A stretch of 64,000 bases of DNA, taken from an uncultured delta proteobacterium. Its GTDB lineage: Bacteria > Desulfobacterota > Binatia > DP-6. The notes below the pieces were generated by a model. The model worked only from the letters and a program-made list of their open reading frames with translations. It did not search any database and had not been told where the DNA came from. A program made the translations under genes and the position numbers. Below are positions 10,014 through 18,181 of this stretch, piece by piece (positions within the stretch are counted from its first letter, which is position 1; every line of letters starts with the position of its first letter). Location: the NCBI GenBank assembly GCA_963815115.1, contig CAWFFN010000012.1, positions 150,590 through 214,589 of the forward strand. The letters are read 5' to 3'.

Positions 10014-10146
10014 AACGCCGTTTCCTCTCAGGTCGGAGAGCCTCCTCGGGTTGCAAGGGCTGCGGCGCGTCGCCGTCGACGACGATCTCCGCCGCCTCGG
10101 GCTCCGGGTGCGTCCCGCGGCGGAGAGCCTCGCTTCGGTGGATTGA
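10014..10146 (+). pseudogene. Duplicated 3' remnant of the NAD-epimerase gene (encodes the last ~44 aa, ...PFPLRSESLLGLQGLRRVAVDDDLRRLGLRVRPAAESLASVD)
   Basis: Nearly identical to 6838-6969. No upstream coding body. Confidence 0.7.
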
Positions 10147-10160
10147 AGGGCGGAGCCGGC

Positions 10161-12932
10161 TCAACCCTCGTGCCCGAGGCAGCCGGGCATGAACTGGAGC
10201 TCGAGCGCATCGACCCGGTTCCGGTGCCCGACGGCGAGGTAGTTCCCGTCAGCGGCGAGCGCGGAGGTGCCCGTCGTTCCGAGCGACAGCAGCTTCGTCA
10301 GGTCCTCGCGCACGAGCAGCTTTCCGGTCTCGTCCTGGATCGAGAGCCGTGCCGCCTGCGGCGAGAGCGTCGCGACCCATCCGTTCCCCACGGCGATCGG
10401 TGAGCAGTCGCCCAGCCGGACTCCCCAGCCAGGCGACACCACCGCCGGGAAGCGCCGCACGATCGTTCCCGAGCCGGTATCGAGGACCTGGATCTCCTGC
10501 TCGGCCGAGGCGAGGAAGAGCAGGTCCCCGCTGGCGGCGATGCCCGTCCATGCGCCTTGCGGGAGGGGCCACTGCGGGGCGGGAGCGGCGCTCAGCCGGC
10601 CGCTGAGAGCGTTGACGACCCACCAGGTGCCGTGCGCGAACGCGGCGCACGCGTGTCCGATGCTGCCGGGCAGTGCCGGCACCTGCGTGCGGGCGGCGGG
10701 GATCCCCTTCCCGATGCGCATCTCGCCCCCATGGCGGTCGAGCAAACGCACCACGGGCGTGCTGCCGTCCCGGGTCTCGACGCCCATCGCGACCGGTTCC
10801 TGGACCGTGAGCTTCAGCTTGCCCAGGCTCACGAAGTCGTAACTTCCGACGATCCACGAGGGGTTGGCACCCTGCCCGGGCAGGCTGCCGAGCACCGAGA
10901 GCGCATCGTTGTCCTGATCGCTCGATCCCCGCTTCACCAGGGTCGCACAGCCGCGATCGGCATCGAGGCTCATGAACTGCTCGAGAGCCGCGCGTGCCTC
11001 GGGCCACCTCGAGCGCGGCGTCCGGATCTGGAGGGGAGGAACGCCTTCCTCCGCCGGTCGTTCCGCCCCGACCCCGAGCGGCGGCTCGGCCAGGCTGACG
11101 GGCGTTCCGCCCGCTGCCTGGAGCCGATTGGCGAGCTCCAGCTCCCACCGCGTCGGATCCCTGAACTCCCACACGACGGTCTCGGCATCGCCGGCCCGGA
11201 TCTGCGCGTCGAGATACGTGAGGGGCGACGCGACATCGTCGGCGTAGAGCCGGCGCACGCTCGGGAGCGCAGTCTCGCGGTCGACGTTGCGCAGCGCCGA
11301 GTACAGATCGATGAACCGCTCCGGCCTGCCGGCGCCGAGCGCCGCCAGCGTGCCGTAGAGACGAAGCCCCCCCGGCGAGGTGGGATTCTCGCGCTGCTCG
11401 TCGCTGTCCACCAGCACGACCGAGCTGCCGCTCGCGATCTCGTGCCGCCAGCGCCGGCCGTCGCGCGCACATCCCAGGCACGTCAGCCCGTCGCCGAAAC
11501 CGCTCTCACCGAAGGGGATCCTCGTTCCGTGGGCCGGCGGCAGGGCGGCGCACAGCAGACCCAGGCCGCCTCCGGACCACGCGGCGAGCGCAAGGACCAC
11601 GCCCGCGAACAGCGTGCGCCGCGCGCCGGGCGATGCCTCGACGAGGGGACGCATGCGGGCGAGAACGACGACGCCGTGCGCAGCGAGGGCGCACCATGCC
11701 AGGTCGAAGATCAGAAAGCGCCGCGCGGTGGGCGCGCTGAGGACCGGCAGGGCGAGGCCTCCGAGCGCGAGCGCGATCCAGAGATACCAGGCTCTGAGGG
11801 CTCCAAGCCTGGCGAGGCCAACGAGCCCCAGAAGGGCAACCGGAAGGAGACACAATCCGCCGTGGGCGAACCCGGCGTCGAGCGCCGTCCCGGGACCGGT
11901 GGCCGGCAGCTTCCAGAGCGCGTTCAGGTCTTCCGCTCGCCCGGTCCAGAAGTACGTTCGAACCGCCGGGACCAGCTGCTGTTTCAGGTTGTCGTGGACA
12001 CTGCGGAGCACCTCGCCGTACGTCTCCTCGGAGCGGTTGCCGACATAGCCGGCATAGCGCGGCCAGAGCGATGCCAGCGCCGGCATTCCCCCGGCGAGGA
12101 CGCCGGCGACCGCGAAGCCCGATCCCAGGCACAGTGGAAGCACCAGCCACTGGCGGCGCACGGATCCCGCCGCGCGCATCCCCGCGAGCAGCGCCAGGAG
12201 CGAGAGCGGAATCGCGACCCGCGCGGCGTAGTAGTCATAGACCGACGTCCACGCGACCACACCGGCGAGGAGCGCCAGCGCGACGCTCCTGCGCGAGCCG
12301 GCGCGATGGGCGAGCCAGAGGACGAGGAGCGTGTGGGGAACCGCCGCGATCTGCAGCCCGCCGAGGCGTGCCCAGGTGATCTGCAACGGGGAGACGGCGA
12401 CCAGTCCCGCGAACGCGAGGCCGAACGCCGGCGACACGACCGCCCGCCCGACGAGCCAGGCCAGCACGACGGCGAGGATCCCGCACAGGCTCCCGATGTA
12501 CTGCGGCAGCTCGAGCGACGGTCCCAGGGTGGCGACGGCGAGCGCGTTCACCGGCACCATGACGGCGGATTCCTGGGGCCAGTTCACCTGGGTCGAGGAG
12601 AGCGCGACCTTCCAGCGGGTCCACAGGCCGCCCTTCACGAGCAGTGTGGCGGCGTCCACCACGCCCGCTTCGGGGAAGAACAAGTGCGGCTGCTGCTCGG
12701 AGGTCGCGAAGAGGGTCCGCAGGAGTGCGGCGAGCACGACGATGCCGAGGAGGAGGCCCAGCTCCTGGCGCCGCGGGATGGGAGGGATCGCGGGGACCGG
12801 CCGGCGGCGCCCCCGGATCGACGCCACGACGATCGCGAGCACGATCAGGGCCCCGAGCACGATGAGCCCCCGCTCTGCGCGGCCCGAGAGCTCGAGCCAG
12901 CGCAACGCGGCGACCGGGACAGGCGGCTGCAC
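10161..12932 (-). CDS. GT-C fold membrane glycosyltransferase-like protein, paralog 2 (923 aa)
   Basis: Same architecture as 6985-9885. Lacks the internal 43-aa duplication. Confidence 0.65.
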   Translation of the reverse strand: MQPPVPVAALRWLELSGRAERGLIVLGALIVLAIVVASIRGRRRPVPAIPPIPRRQELGLLLGIVVLAALLRTLFATSEQQPHLFFPEAGVVDAATLLVKGGLWTRWKVALSSTQVNWPQESAVMVPVNALAVATLGPSLELPQYIGSLCGILAVVLAWLVGRAVVSPAFGLAFAGLVAVSPLQITWARLGGLQIAAVPHTLLVLWLAHRAGSRRSVALALLAGVVAWTSVYDYYAARVAIPLSLLALLAGMRAAGSVRRQWLVLPLCLGSGFAVAGVLAGGMPALASLWPRYAGYVGNRSEETYGEVLRSVHDNLKQQLVPAVRTYFWTGRAEDLNALWKLPATGPGTALDAGFAHGGLCLLPVALLGLVGLARLGALRAWYLWIALALGGLALPVLSAPTARRFLIFDLAWCALAAHGVVVLARMRPLVEASPGARRTLFAGVVLALAAWSGGGLGLLCAALPPAHGTRIPFGESGFGDGLTCLGCARDGRRWRHEIASGSSVVLVDSDEQRENPTSPGGLRLYGTLAALGAGRPERFIDLYSALRNVDRETALPSVRRLYADDVASPLTYLDAQIRAGDAETVVWEFRDPTRWELELANRLQAAGGTPVSLAEPPLGVGAERPAEEGVPPLQIRTPRSRWPEARAALEQFMSLDADRGCATLVKRGSSDQDNDALSVLGSLPGQGANPSWIVGSYDFVSLGKLKLTVQEPVAMGVETRDGSTPVVRLLDRHGGEMRIGKGIPAARTQVPALPGSIGHACAAFAHGTWWVVNALSGRLSAAPAPQWPLPQGAWTGIAASGDLLFLASAEQEIQVLDTGSGTIVRRFPAVVSPGWGVRLGDCSPIAVGNGWVATLSPQAARLSIQDETGKLLVREDLTKLLSLGTTGTSALAADGNYLAVGHRNRVDALELQFMPGCLGHEG

Positions 12933-13052
12933 GTCGTGGCTTGTGCGCCCCGGCGCCGAATGCTGTCAAGAAGGAAGCGGAACGTTCATGCTCGCGCACG
13001 GCGTGCCACCGCGAGCAGGCTCGCTCCGACCGGCAGCGGTACGCCAGCCGGG

Positions 13053-13472
13053 TCAGGGGGCGCCGCTCTTCCCGCCGTCGCCGAGCAGCCGCGCTCGCGT
13101 CCCCGCGACGTCGACGAGCGGCTGCTTGCGCAGGCGCTCGACCTCCGCCGCGGTGTACGGGGTGAAGTCCGCGGGCACGTGGGCGTGATCGAAGCGCTCC
13201 AGCAGCCAGTTGAGCACCGCGGCCAGCGCCGCGTCGTCGAGCGGCGCCTGCGCGACGCCGGGCACGCGCGCGAGGTAGTCGCGGCCGCCCGGCGCGGCGA
13301 GGAAGCGCGCGACCGACCCCTGCAGCGCGGGAACGCTGCCGGGCGTGCTCGTGCCGTCGGCGCGGTGGCAGCCCTCGCAGTTGAGCGTGTAGTCGAGCGC
13401 CGGTCCGCTCGCCGCGCCGGCGAGCGGCGCGATCCCGACGACGGCCGCCAGCGCGGCGCCAGCGCGCCACAT
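13053..13472 (-). CDS. Monoheme c-type cytochrome (signal peptide plus CEGCH heme-binding motif)
   Basis: CXXCH motif after a signal peptide (MWRAGAALAAVVGIAPLAGAAS). Lies 4 nt downstream of mauA on the same strand. Confidence 0.7.
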   Translation of the reverse strand: MWRAGAALAAVVGIAPLAGAASGPALDYTLNCEGCHRADGTSTPGSVPALQGSVARFLAAPGGRDYLARVPGVAQAPLDDAALAAVLNWLLERFDHAHVPADFTPYTAAEVERLRKQPLVDVAGTRARLLGDGGKSGAP

Positions 13473-13475
13473 CGG

Positions 13476-14025
13476 CTACGACTTCGTCGCCACGCCCAGC
13501 ACGACTGCGACCGAGCAGTTGACGGCGCGGCTCTTGGTACCGAAGCACCACAGCAGGTCGTTGTTCCTGGAGGTGTAGTACACGGGCCGCTCGCCCTCGG
13601 TACGCGAGCAGCGGCATCGCATGCAGAGGGACTGCCCGCAGCAGTCGTTGTACGAGATGATGTAGTCCTTGCCGTCGCCGGGATGGCGGCACGTGCCGAT
13701 CCAGGTGACCGGCGACATCTCCGTCCCCGGCGGGCAGGTGTTCTGCGAGCCGCCGCAGCACGAGCACAGGAACCCGTCGATGGCGCAGTGGCGCCAGTAG
13801 CTGCAGCTCTGGGGATCGCCCGCCGGGGCCTCGAGGCGGGCATCGTCGGGCGCCGGGACCCGCGACTCGTCATCCGCCGCGCGTGCCACCGGCAGCAGCG
13901 GCAGTGCCGCGGCGCCGACCAGCGCCGCACCGGCGCGCGCGAGCACGCTCCGGCGCGACGTGCGCCGCGCGAGCGCGCGGGCGCTCCGTTCCACCAGGCG
14001 ATCCATCCAGCCGCGCCCGTCGTTC
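13476..14025 (-). CDS. mauA: Methylamine/aralkylamine dehydrogenase light (small, TTQ-bearing) subunit
   Basis: Strong match to MauA signature blocks: SYWRHCAIDGFLCSCCGG...CPPGT...YNDCCG...ERPVYY...LLWCFG. Tat-like leader RRSVLARAGAALVGAAALPL. Start overlaps the mauD stop. Confidence 0.85.
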
Positions 14026-14644
14026 ATCGCCGTGCGACCTCCGTGCGCTCCTCGACGCCGCGCAGGAACTCCTGGATCGAGGCGACGCCCCGCTCCTGCG
14101 CCTCGAAGAGGCTCTCCAGGTGCTCGCGCGTGTTCACCAGACCCTTGGCGCGCACCGTGCCGGAGCCGTCGACGAGCGCGGCATAGGGCAGCTTTCCCAC
14201 CTGCCATCGCATGCCGAGCTCCGGCGACAGCAGATACGGGAACGCATCCAGGCGCTCGGCACGCACGAACGCCTCGTGCTCCGCGCGCGGACCGTCACTC
14301 GCGAGCACGAGGTCGAGCCACGCCGTCTCGCGCCGGGCGATGCCGCGCAGCGCAGGCAGGAGCGTCTTGCAGACCGGGCAGGTGGGCGACAGGAAGAAGA
14401 GGAGGGTGCTCCGGCCGTCGTCGCGCGGGGCGCCGATCTCGTGCAGGCGGGCGCCGAGATCCTCCGCCTGGATCACGGGCGCCGCCGCGCCGACCGTCGG
14501 ACCGCGTCCGAGGAGCAGCGCGCCTGCCGGCGCCACGCGCTCATAGAGGACGCCGATCTGGCGGGTGAGGGCCACGACCACGCAGGCCAGCACCACGACG
14601 GCGATCCACAGCACGATCGTCGAGACCACGAGCGCCTGCGTCAC
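14024..14644 (-). CDS. mauD: MauD, thioredoxin-like methylamine utilisation protein
   Basis: N-terminal TM helix plus thioredoxin-fold with CPVC motif (LLFFLSPTCPVCKTLLPAL). GTG start overlapping the mauE stop (GTGA). Only the C-terminal 207 codons of the 888-aa ORF 14024-16690 are protein-like. Confidence 0.75.
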   Translation of the reverse strand: MTQALVVSTIVLWIAVVVLACVVVALTRQIGVLYERVAPAGALLLGRGPTVGAAAPVIQAEDLGARLHEIGAPRDDGRSTLLFFLSPTCPVCKTLLPALRGIARRETAWLDLVLASDGPRAEHEAFVRAERLDAFPYLLSPELGMRWQVGKLPYAALVDGSGTVRAKGLVNTREHLESLFEAQERGVASIQEFLRGVEERTEVARR

Positions 14645-15177
14645 GCGGCCTCCTGCAGGCGCGCGAGCGCGGGACCCGCGGCGAGGAGGTGATCGCTGGC
14701 CCTCCAGCAGGCCGCGAACGCCGCGGTCGCGGCCACGACCGTGAGCGGGTCGATCCACACCATCGGACGGGGCTGCACCGGGGCGAGAGCGGCGAGCGCG
14801 ACCGCCACCGCCACCAGCGCCAGGTTGCGCACCACCAGCCAGCCGCTGATCGGACGCCGCATCGCCGGTCCGGTGCAGCCGCAGTCGAGATGGCGCCGCC
14901 CGCGCGCGAGGTTGACGGCGATGGCGCCGGCGTACAGCGCGAGCAGGGCGGCTGCGCCGGCGAGTCCCCACCGGCGCGCGACGAGCAGGGCGGCGACGAC
15001 GGCCCCCTCGGCCACCACGAGCACCGTCGCGCCGGGCGAGACGAGCGGACGCGGCAGCAGCCGGTAGTCCTCGACCGTCGCCCGGAAGCGCGCGACGTCG
15101 CGCACCTTGTGCCCCGTCGCGGACAGGAAGAGGAGCGCGAGCGCGACACGCACGGTCACGTCGACGACCGGGTCCAT
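14641..15177 (-). CDS. mauE: MauE, methylamine utilisation membrane protein
   Basis: ~178 aa polytopic membrane protein in the position between mauB and mauD expected from known mau clusters (order mauB-mauE-mauD-mauA). Confidence 0.75.
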   Translation of the reverse strand: MDPVVDVTVRVALALLFLSATGHKVRDVARFRATVEDYRLLPRPLVSPGATVLVVAEGAVVAALLVARRWGLAGAAALLALYAGAIAVNLARGRRHLDCGCTGPAMRRPISGWLVVRNLALVAVAVALAALAPVQPRPMVWIDPLTVVAATAAFAACWRASDHLLAAGPALARLQEAA

Positions 15178-15180
15178 GGC

Positions 15181-16419
15181 TCAGGGCGCCACCAGCAGGC
15201 CGCCCGCGAGCCCCGGCTCCGAGACCTCCCGCAGGACCTTGCCCGTCATGGCATCGTGGATCGTGAGCGTCGGCGGCAGCGAGGCGGAGGCGACCAGCAC
15301 CGGATGCTCGTCCTGCGTCACCAGGATGCGCTCGATTCCCGGATTGGGCACGACCTTGTCGAGGAGCCAGCGCTCGATGCGGCCCGTCGTCCGGCTGCGG
15401 TCGATCGAGGCCTGCAGGCCGACGAAGCTGACCACCGGGTTCAGCATCGAGACGCGCTGCACCCGCGTTCGCGTTCCCACGTCGTACACCCAGACCTCGG
15501 TGCCCGGCGCCTTGTGCGAGTCGGGGCCGCCCTGGTGCACCAGGACATAGAGGCGTCCCGAGGCCTGGTGCAGGGCGAGAAGCTGACCGCCGCCGATGCG
15601 CCACGAGGCAGAGCGATCCTGGTCGTCGAGGAGCGGCCAGGTGTCGCCGAAGCGCACTGTCTCGCCCGACACGTCGACGGGATGGACGACCCCGTCGAAG
15701 GACACGAAGAACCACGTGCCGCCGCGCCGGACCGCCTTCTCGGTGATCGGGTCCTTCTGGGCGTCGAAGAAGGGCTCGGTGCGTGCCGGTGTTGCCGTGC
15801 CGCTCGCCTCGTCGAGAGTCACCGTGAGCGCCCCGCCGTTGGCGCACAACATGAGGAAGCGCCGCGGACCGGCGCCGTAGACGAGGCTGCACCCCGGGGT
15901 GGGCACCTCGGTGACGAAGCGCCGCGCCTGCACGTCGACGATCGAGAGCGAGGTGACGGGAGTCAGGTTGAACACCGCGAGGAAGCGGCCGTCGTCGGAC
16001 AGCGCGCTGGACGCGTTGCCCGGGTAGTACTCGGCGCGCCGGGGCGGGATCTGGATCTCCTGGAGCGGCGCCAGGGTGCGCGCGTCGTAGACCGTCACCA
16101 CGTCCGTGCGATCGCCGCGCACGCCGCGGCTGTAGTAGGTCTCGGAGAGGTAGATCTCGCGGTGGTCGGGCGAGAAGAGGGGTAGGATCGCGAAGCCGAC
16201 GCCGGGCGTGCCCGACGTGATCTGGCCGAGCAGCTCGCCCTTCCCGCCGTCGAAGAGGGCCGTGCGGTGCAGGATGATGTCGCTCAGCCAGAACCAGTGC
16301 GGCCCGGGTCGTTCGGGCAAGGTCGCCGCCTTGCCGATGGTCTCCGGCTCCGGGGCCGCGCCCGCGAGCCCGACGGCGAAGCACCCGGCGAGGAGTGCCA
16401 CCGGAAGGCGGCGTCGCAT
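15181..16419 (-). CDS. mauB: Methylamine/aralkylamine dehydrogenase heavy (large, beta-propeller) subunit
   Basis: ~410 aa secreted protein (MRRRLPVALLAGCFAVGLAGAAP) with beta-propeller-like repeat content. Position immediately upstream of mauE. Confidence 0.8.
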   Translation of the reverse strand: MRRRLPVALLAGCFAVGLAGAAPEPETIGKAATLPERPGPHWFWLSDIILHRTALFDGGKGELLGQITSGTPGVGFAILPLFSPDHREIYLSETYYSRGVRGDRTDVVTVYDARTLAPLQEIQIPPRRAEYYPGNASSALSDDGRFLAVFNLTPVTSLSIVDVQARRFVTEVPTPGCSLVYGAGPRRFLMLCANGGALTVTLDEASGTATPARTEPFFDAQKDPITEKAVRRGGTWFFVSFDGVVHPVDVSGETVRFGDTWPLLDDQDRSASWRIGGGQLLALHQASGRLYVLVHQGGPDSHKAPGTEVWVYDVGTRTRVQRVSMLNPVVSFVGLQASIDRSRTTGRIERWLLDKVVPNPGIERILVTQDEHPVLVASASLPPTLTIHDAMTGKVLREVSEPGLAGGLLVAP

Positions 16420-16541
16420 GGCCGTCCGTCTCACCGAGGACAGTCCGAGAGGCACGAGGCGGGCGTATAGCATGCACGACCCGTCGCGGAACACGGCCGA
16501 CCTTGACCGGCCTCGTACGGCATCCACATACTCCGATCGCG

Positions 16542-17168
16542 GTGCGCTGGGAGACCTGGAGCCTGTTTCTCGTCACCGAGACGCTTCTCTGCCTCACGCC
16601 GGGGCCGGCGGTGCTGTTCGTGCTGTCGCAGGGGCTGGGCCGGGGCACGGCGGCGTCGATCCGGGCGAGTCTCGGCATCCTCGCCGGCAACGCGCTCTAC
16701 TTCCTGCTCTCCGCGACGGGGCTGGGAGCGATCCTCGTCGCCTCGTACGACCTCTTCTTCTGCATCAAGTGGGCCGGCGCAGCCTACCTGGTCTGGCTCG
16801 GGCTGCGCGCGCTCCGCGCCACGGGCACCGTGCTGGCGGTGAAGCCGGCGACGGGTGCAGCCGAGTCCCGTCACGTGTTCGCACGCGGCTTCGCCGTCCA
16901 GGCAGCGAACCCGAAGGCCATCGTCTTCTTCACCGCGCTGCTCCCGCAGTTCATCGATCCCGCGGGGAGCGTCCCGCTCCAGGTGGGCATACTCGCGCTC
17001 ACCAGCATCGCGGTCGAGTTCGTGGTCCTGGCGACCTACGGCATCTTCGCCGGTCGCGTCTCGCGGCTCGCGGCGGAGCCCCGGGTCGCGGCATTCCTCG
17101 AGCGCGCCGCCGGCGTGCTGCTGATGGGCGCCGGACTGCGGATGGCCGCGCTGCGACGGGCGGGGTGA
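16542..17168 (+). CDS. LysE/RhtB-family amino-acid exporter
   Basis: TPGPAVLFVLSQG...ANPKAIVFFTALLPQF are hallmarks of the LysE family. GTG start inferred; the ORF frame is open from 16395. Confidence 0.7.
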   Translation: MRWETWSLFLVTETLLCLTPGPAVLFVLSQGLGRGTAASIRASLGILAGNALYFLLSATGLGAILVASYDLFFCIKWAGAAYLVWLGLRALRATGTVLAVKPATGAAESRHVFARGFAVQAANPKAIVFFTALLPQFIDPAGSVPLQVGILALTSIAVEFVVLATYGIFAGRVSRLAAEPRVAAFLERAAGVLLMGAGLRMAALRRAG

Positions 17169-17175
17169 CCGGCGC

Positions 17176-17994
17176 TCAGCCCGCGGCACGCGCGCGCTCG
17201 CGCGCAGCGGCGATGACGGCGGGGGGCACCGGGTCGAAGCGAGCCGCGCCCCGGCGAAACAGGCCGGGCGCGAGCAGGCGGAACCACCAGGCGAGTCGCA
17301 GCGCGCCCGGCACCCAGACCTCGTGGCGGCGGTGCTCGATGGCGCGCAGGATCGCTCCCGACACCGCGCCGGGCGGCAGCTTTCGGCCCCGGTAGGCCGT
17401 CGGCTCGTCGGTCTTGTGCCAGATCTCGGTGTCGATGGGCCCGACGTGAACGACCGTGGCGTGAATGCCCGAGCCCGCCAGATCGAGCCACAGCCCCTCG
17501 GTGAATCCGGTGAGCGCGAACTTGGACGCCGCGTAGACGGTCTCGCGTGGCGGCGGGAGCTTCCCCGCCAACGACGAGACGTTGACGATCCAGCCCTCGC
17601 CCCGGCGGAGCATCGCCGGCAGCGCAGCGAGCGTGAGGAACGCGGAGGCGAGGAAGTTGACCCGCAGCACGTACTCCACCTCCTCGGCATCGAGGTGGTA
17701 GAGCTGCTTGTGCTTCGACACGCCGGCGTTGTTCACGACGATGTCGATGCGTCCGAAGCGCGCGACGGCACGTGCCGCCATGCCCTCGACGAAGGCGCGC
17801 TCGGCGACGTCGCCGGCGAGCACCTCGACGGGCACGCCGTGCGCGCCGCACTCGGCCGCGGCCTCCTCGAGCAGCTCGCGGCGGCGCGCCGAGAGCACCA
17901 GCGTCGTGCCGCGCGCCGCCAGATCGAGCGCCACCCGGCGGCCGATGCCGGAGGATGCCCCGGTGACGATGGCGACGCGGCCGCGGTAGTCCAT
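17176..17994 (-). CDS. SDR-family oxidoreductase
   Basis: VAIVTGASSGIG Rossmann motif, NNAG, and YAASKFAL catalytic region. Confidence 0.8.
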   Translation of the reverse strand: MDYRGRVAIVTGASSGIGRRVALDLAARGTTLVLSARRRELLEEAAAECGAHGVPVEVLAGDVAERAFVEGMAARAVARFGRIDIVVNNAGVSKHKQLYHLDAEEVEYVLRVNFLASAFLTLAALPAMLRRGEGWIVNVSSLAGKLPPPRETVYAASKFALTGFTEGLWLDLAGSGIHATVVHVGPIDTEIWHKTDEPTAYRGRKLPPGAVSGAILRAIEHRRHEVWVPGALRLAWWFRLLAPGLFRRGAARFDPVPPAVIAAARERARAAG

Positions 17995-18000
17995 GGTCAC

Positions 18001-18029
18001 CTCGACCCGAGACTTCGTCTCGGGTCGAG
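18001..18029 (-). promoter_or_regulatory. Perfect 13-bp-stem hairpin/palindrome (ctcgacccgagac-ttcg-gtctcgggtcgag) directly abutting the SDR start and overlapping its GAGG Shine-Dalgarno
   Basis: Seen directly in sequence. On the mRNA strand the 3' arm ends ...GGGUCGAG followed by GUGACC AUG. Confidence 0.5.
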
Positions 18030-18181
18030 AGCGGAGGCGAGCGTGTAGCGTCGGGTGGATCGTGCGGACGCCGTGCCGCGGCCGGCAGAGCCGGCGCGGC
18101 AGACTTGGCACAGTCGATGGCTCCAGCTCCGACATGATTGCCGCGGCGGCTTTGCCGCTCGCGGCACGACGTTCCTACTGT

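Larger units (their letters stand above)
6838..13031. repeat. Tandem segmental duplication, two ~3.0-3.1 kb units (6838-9979 and 10014-13031)
   Basis: The direct DNA repeat includes the last ~131 nt of the epimerase gene, the whole GT-C gene and ~100 bp upstream. Long 100%-identical stretches alternate with diverged patches. Confidence 0.85.

Noticed and set aside
10557-14186. 1209-aa plus-strand ORF
   Set aside because: Runs antisense through the GT-C paralog 2, cytochrome c and mauA. Composition is poly-R/G/A/E.
14024-16690. 888-aa ORF suggesting a giant MauD
   Set aside because: Only the last 207 codons (from the GTG overlapping the mauE stop) match MauD. The upstream portion overlaps mauE/mauB in another frame.
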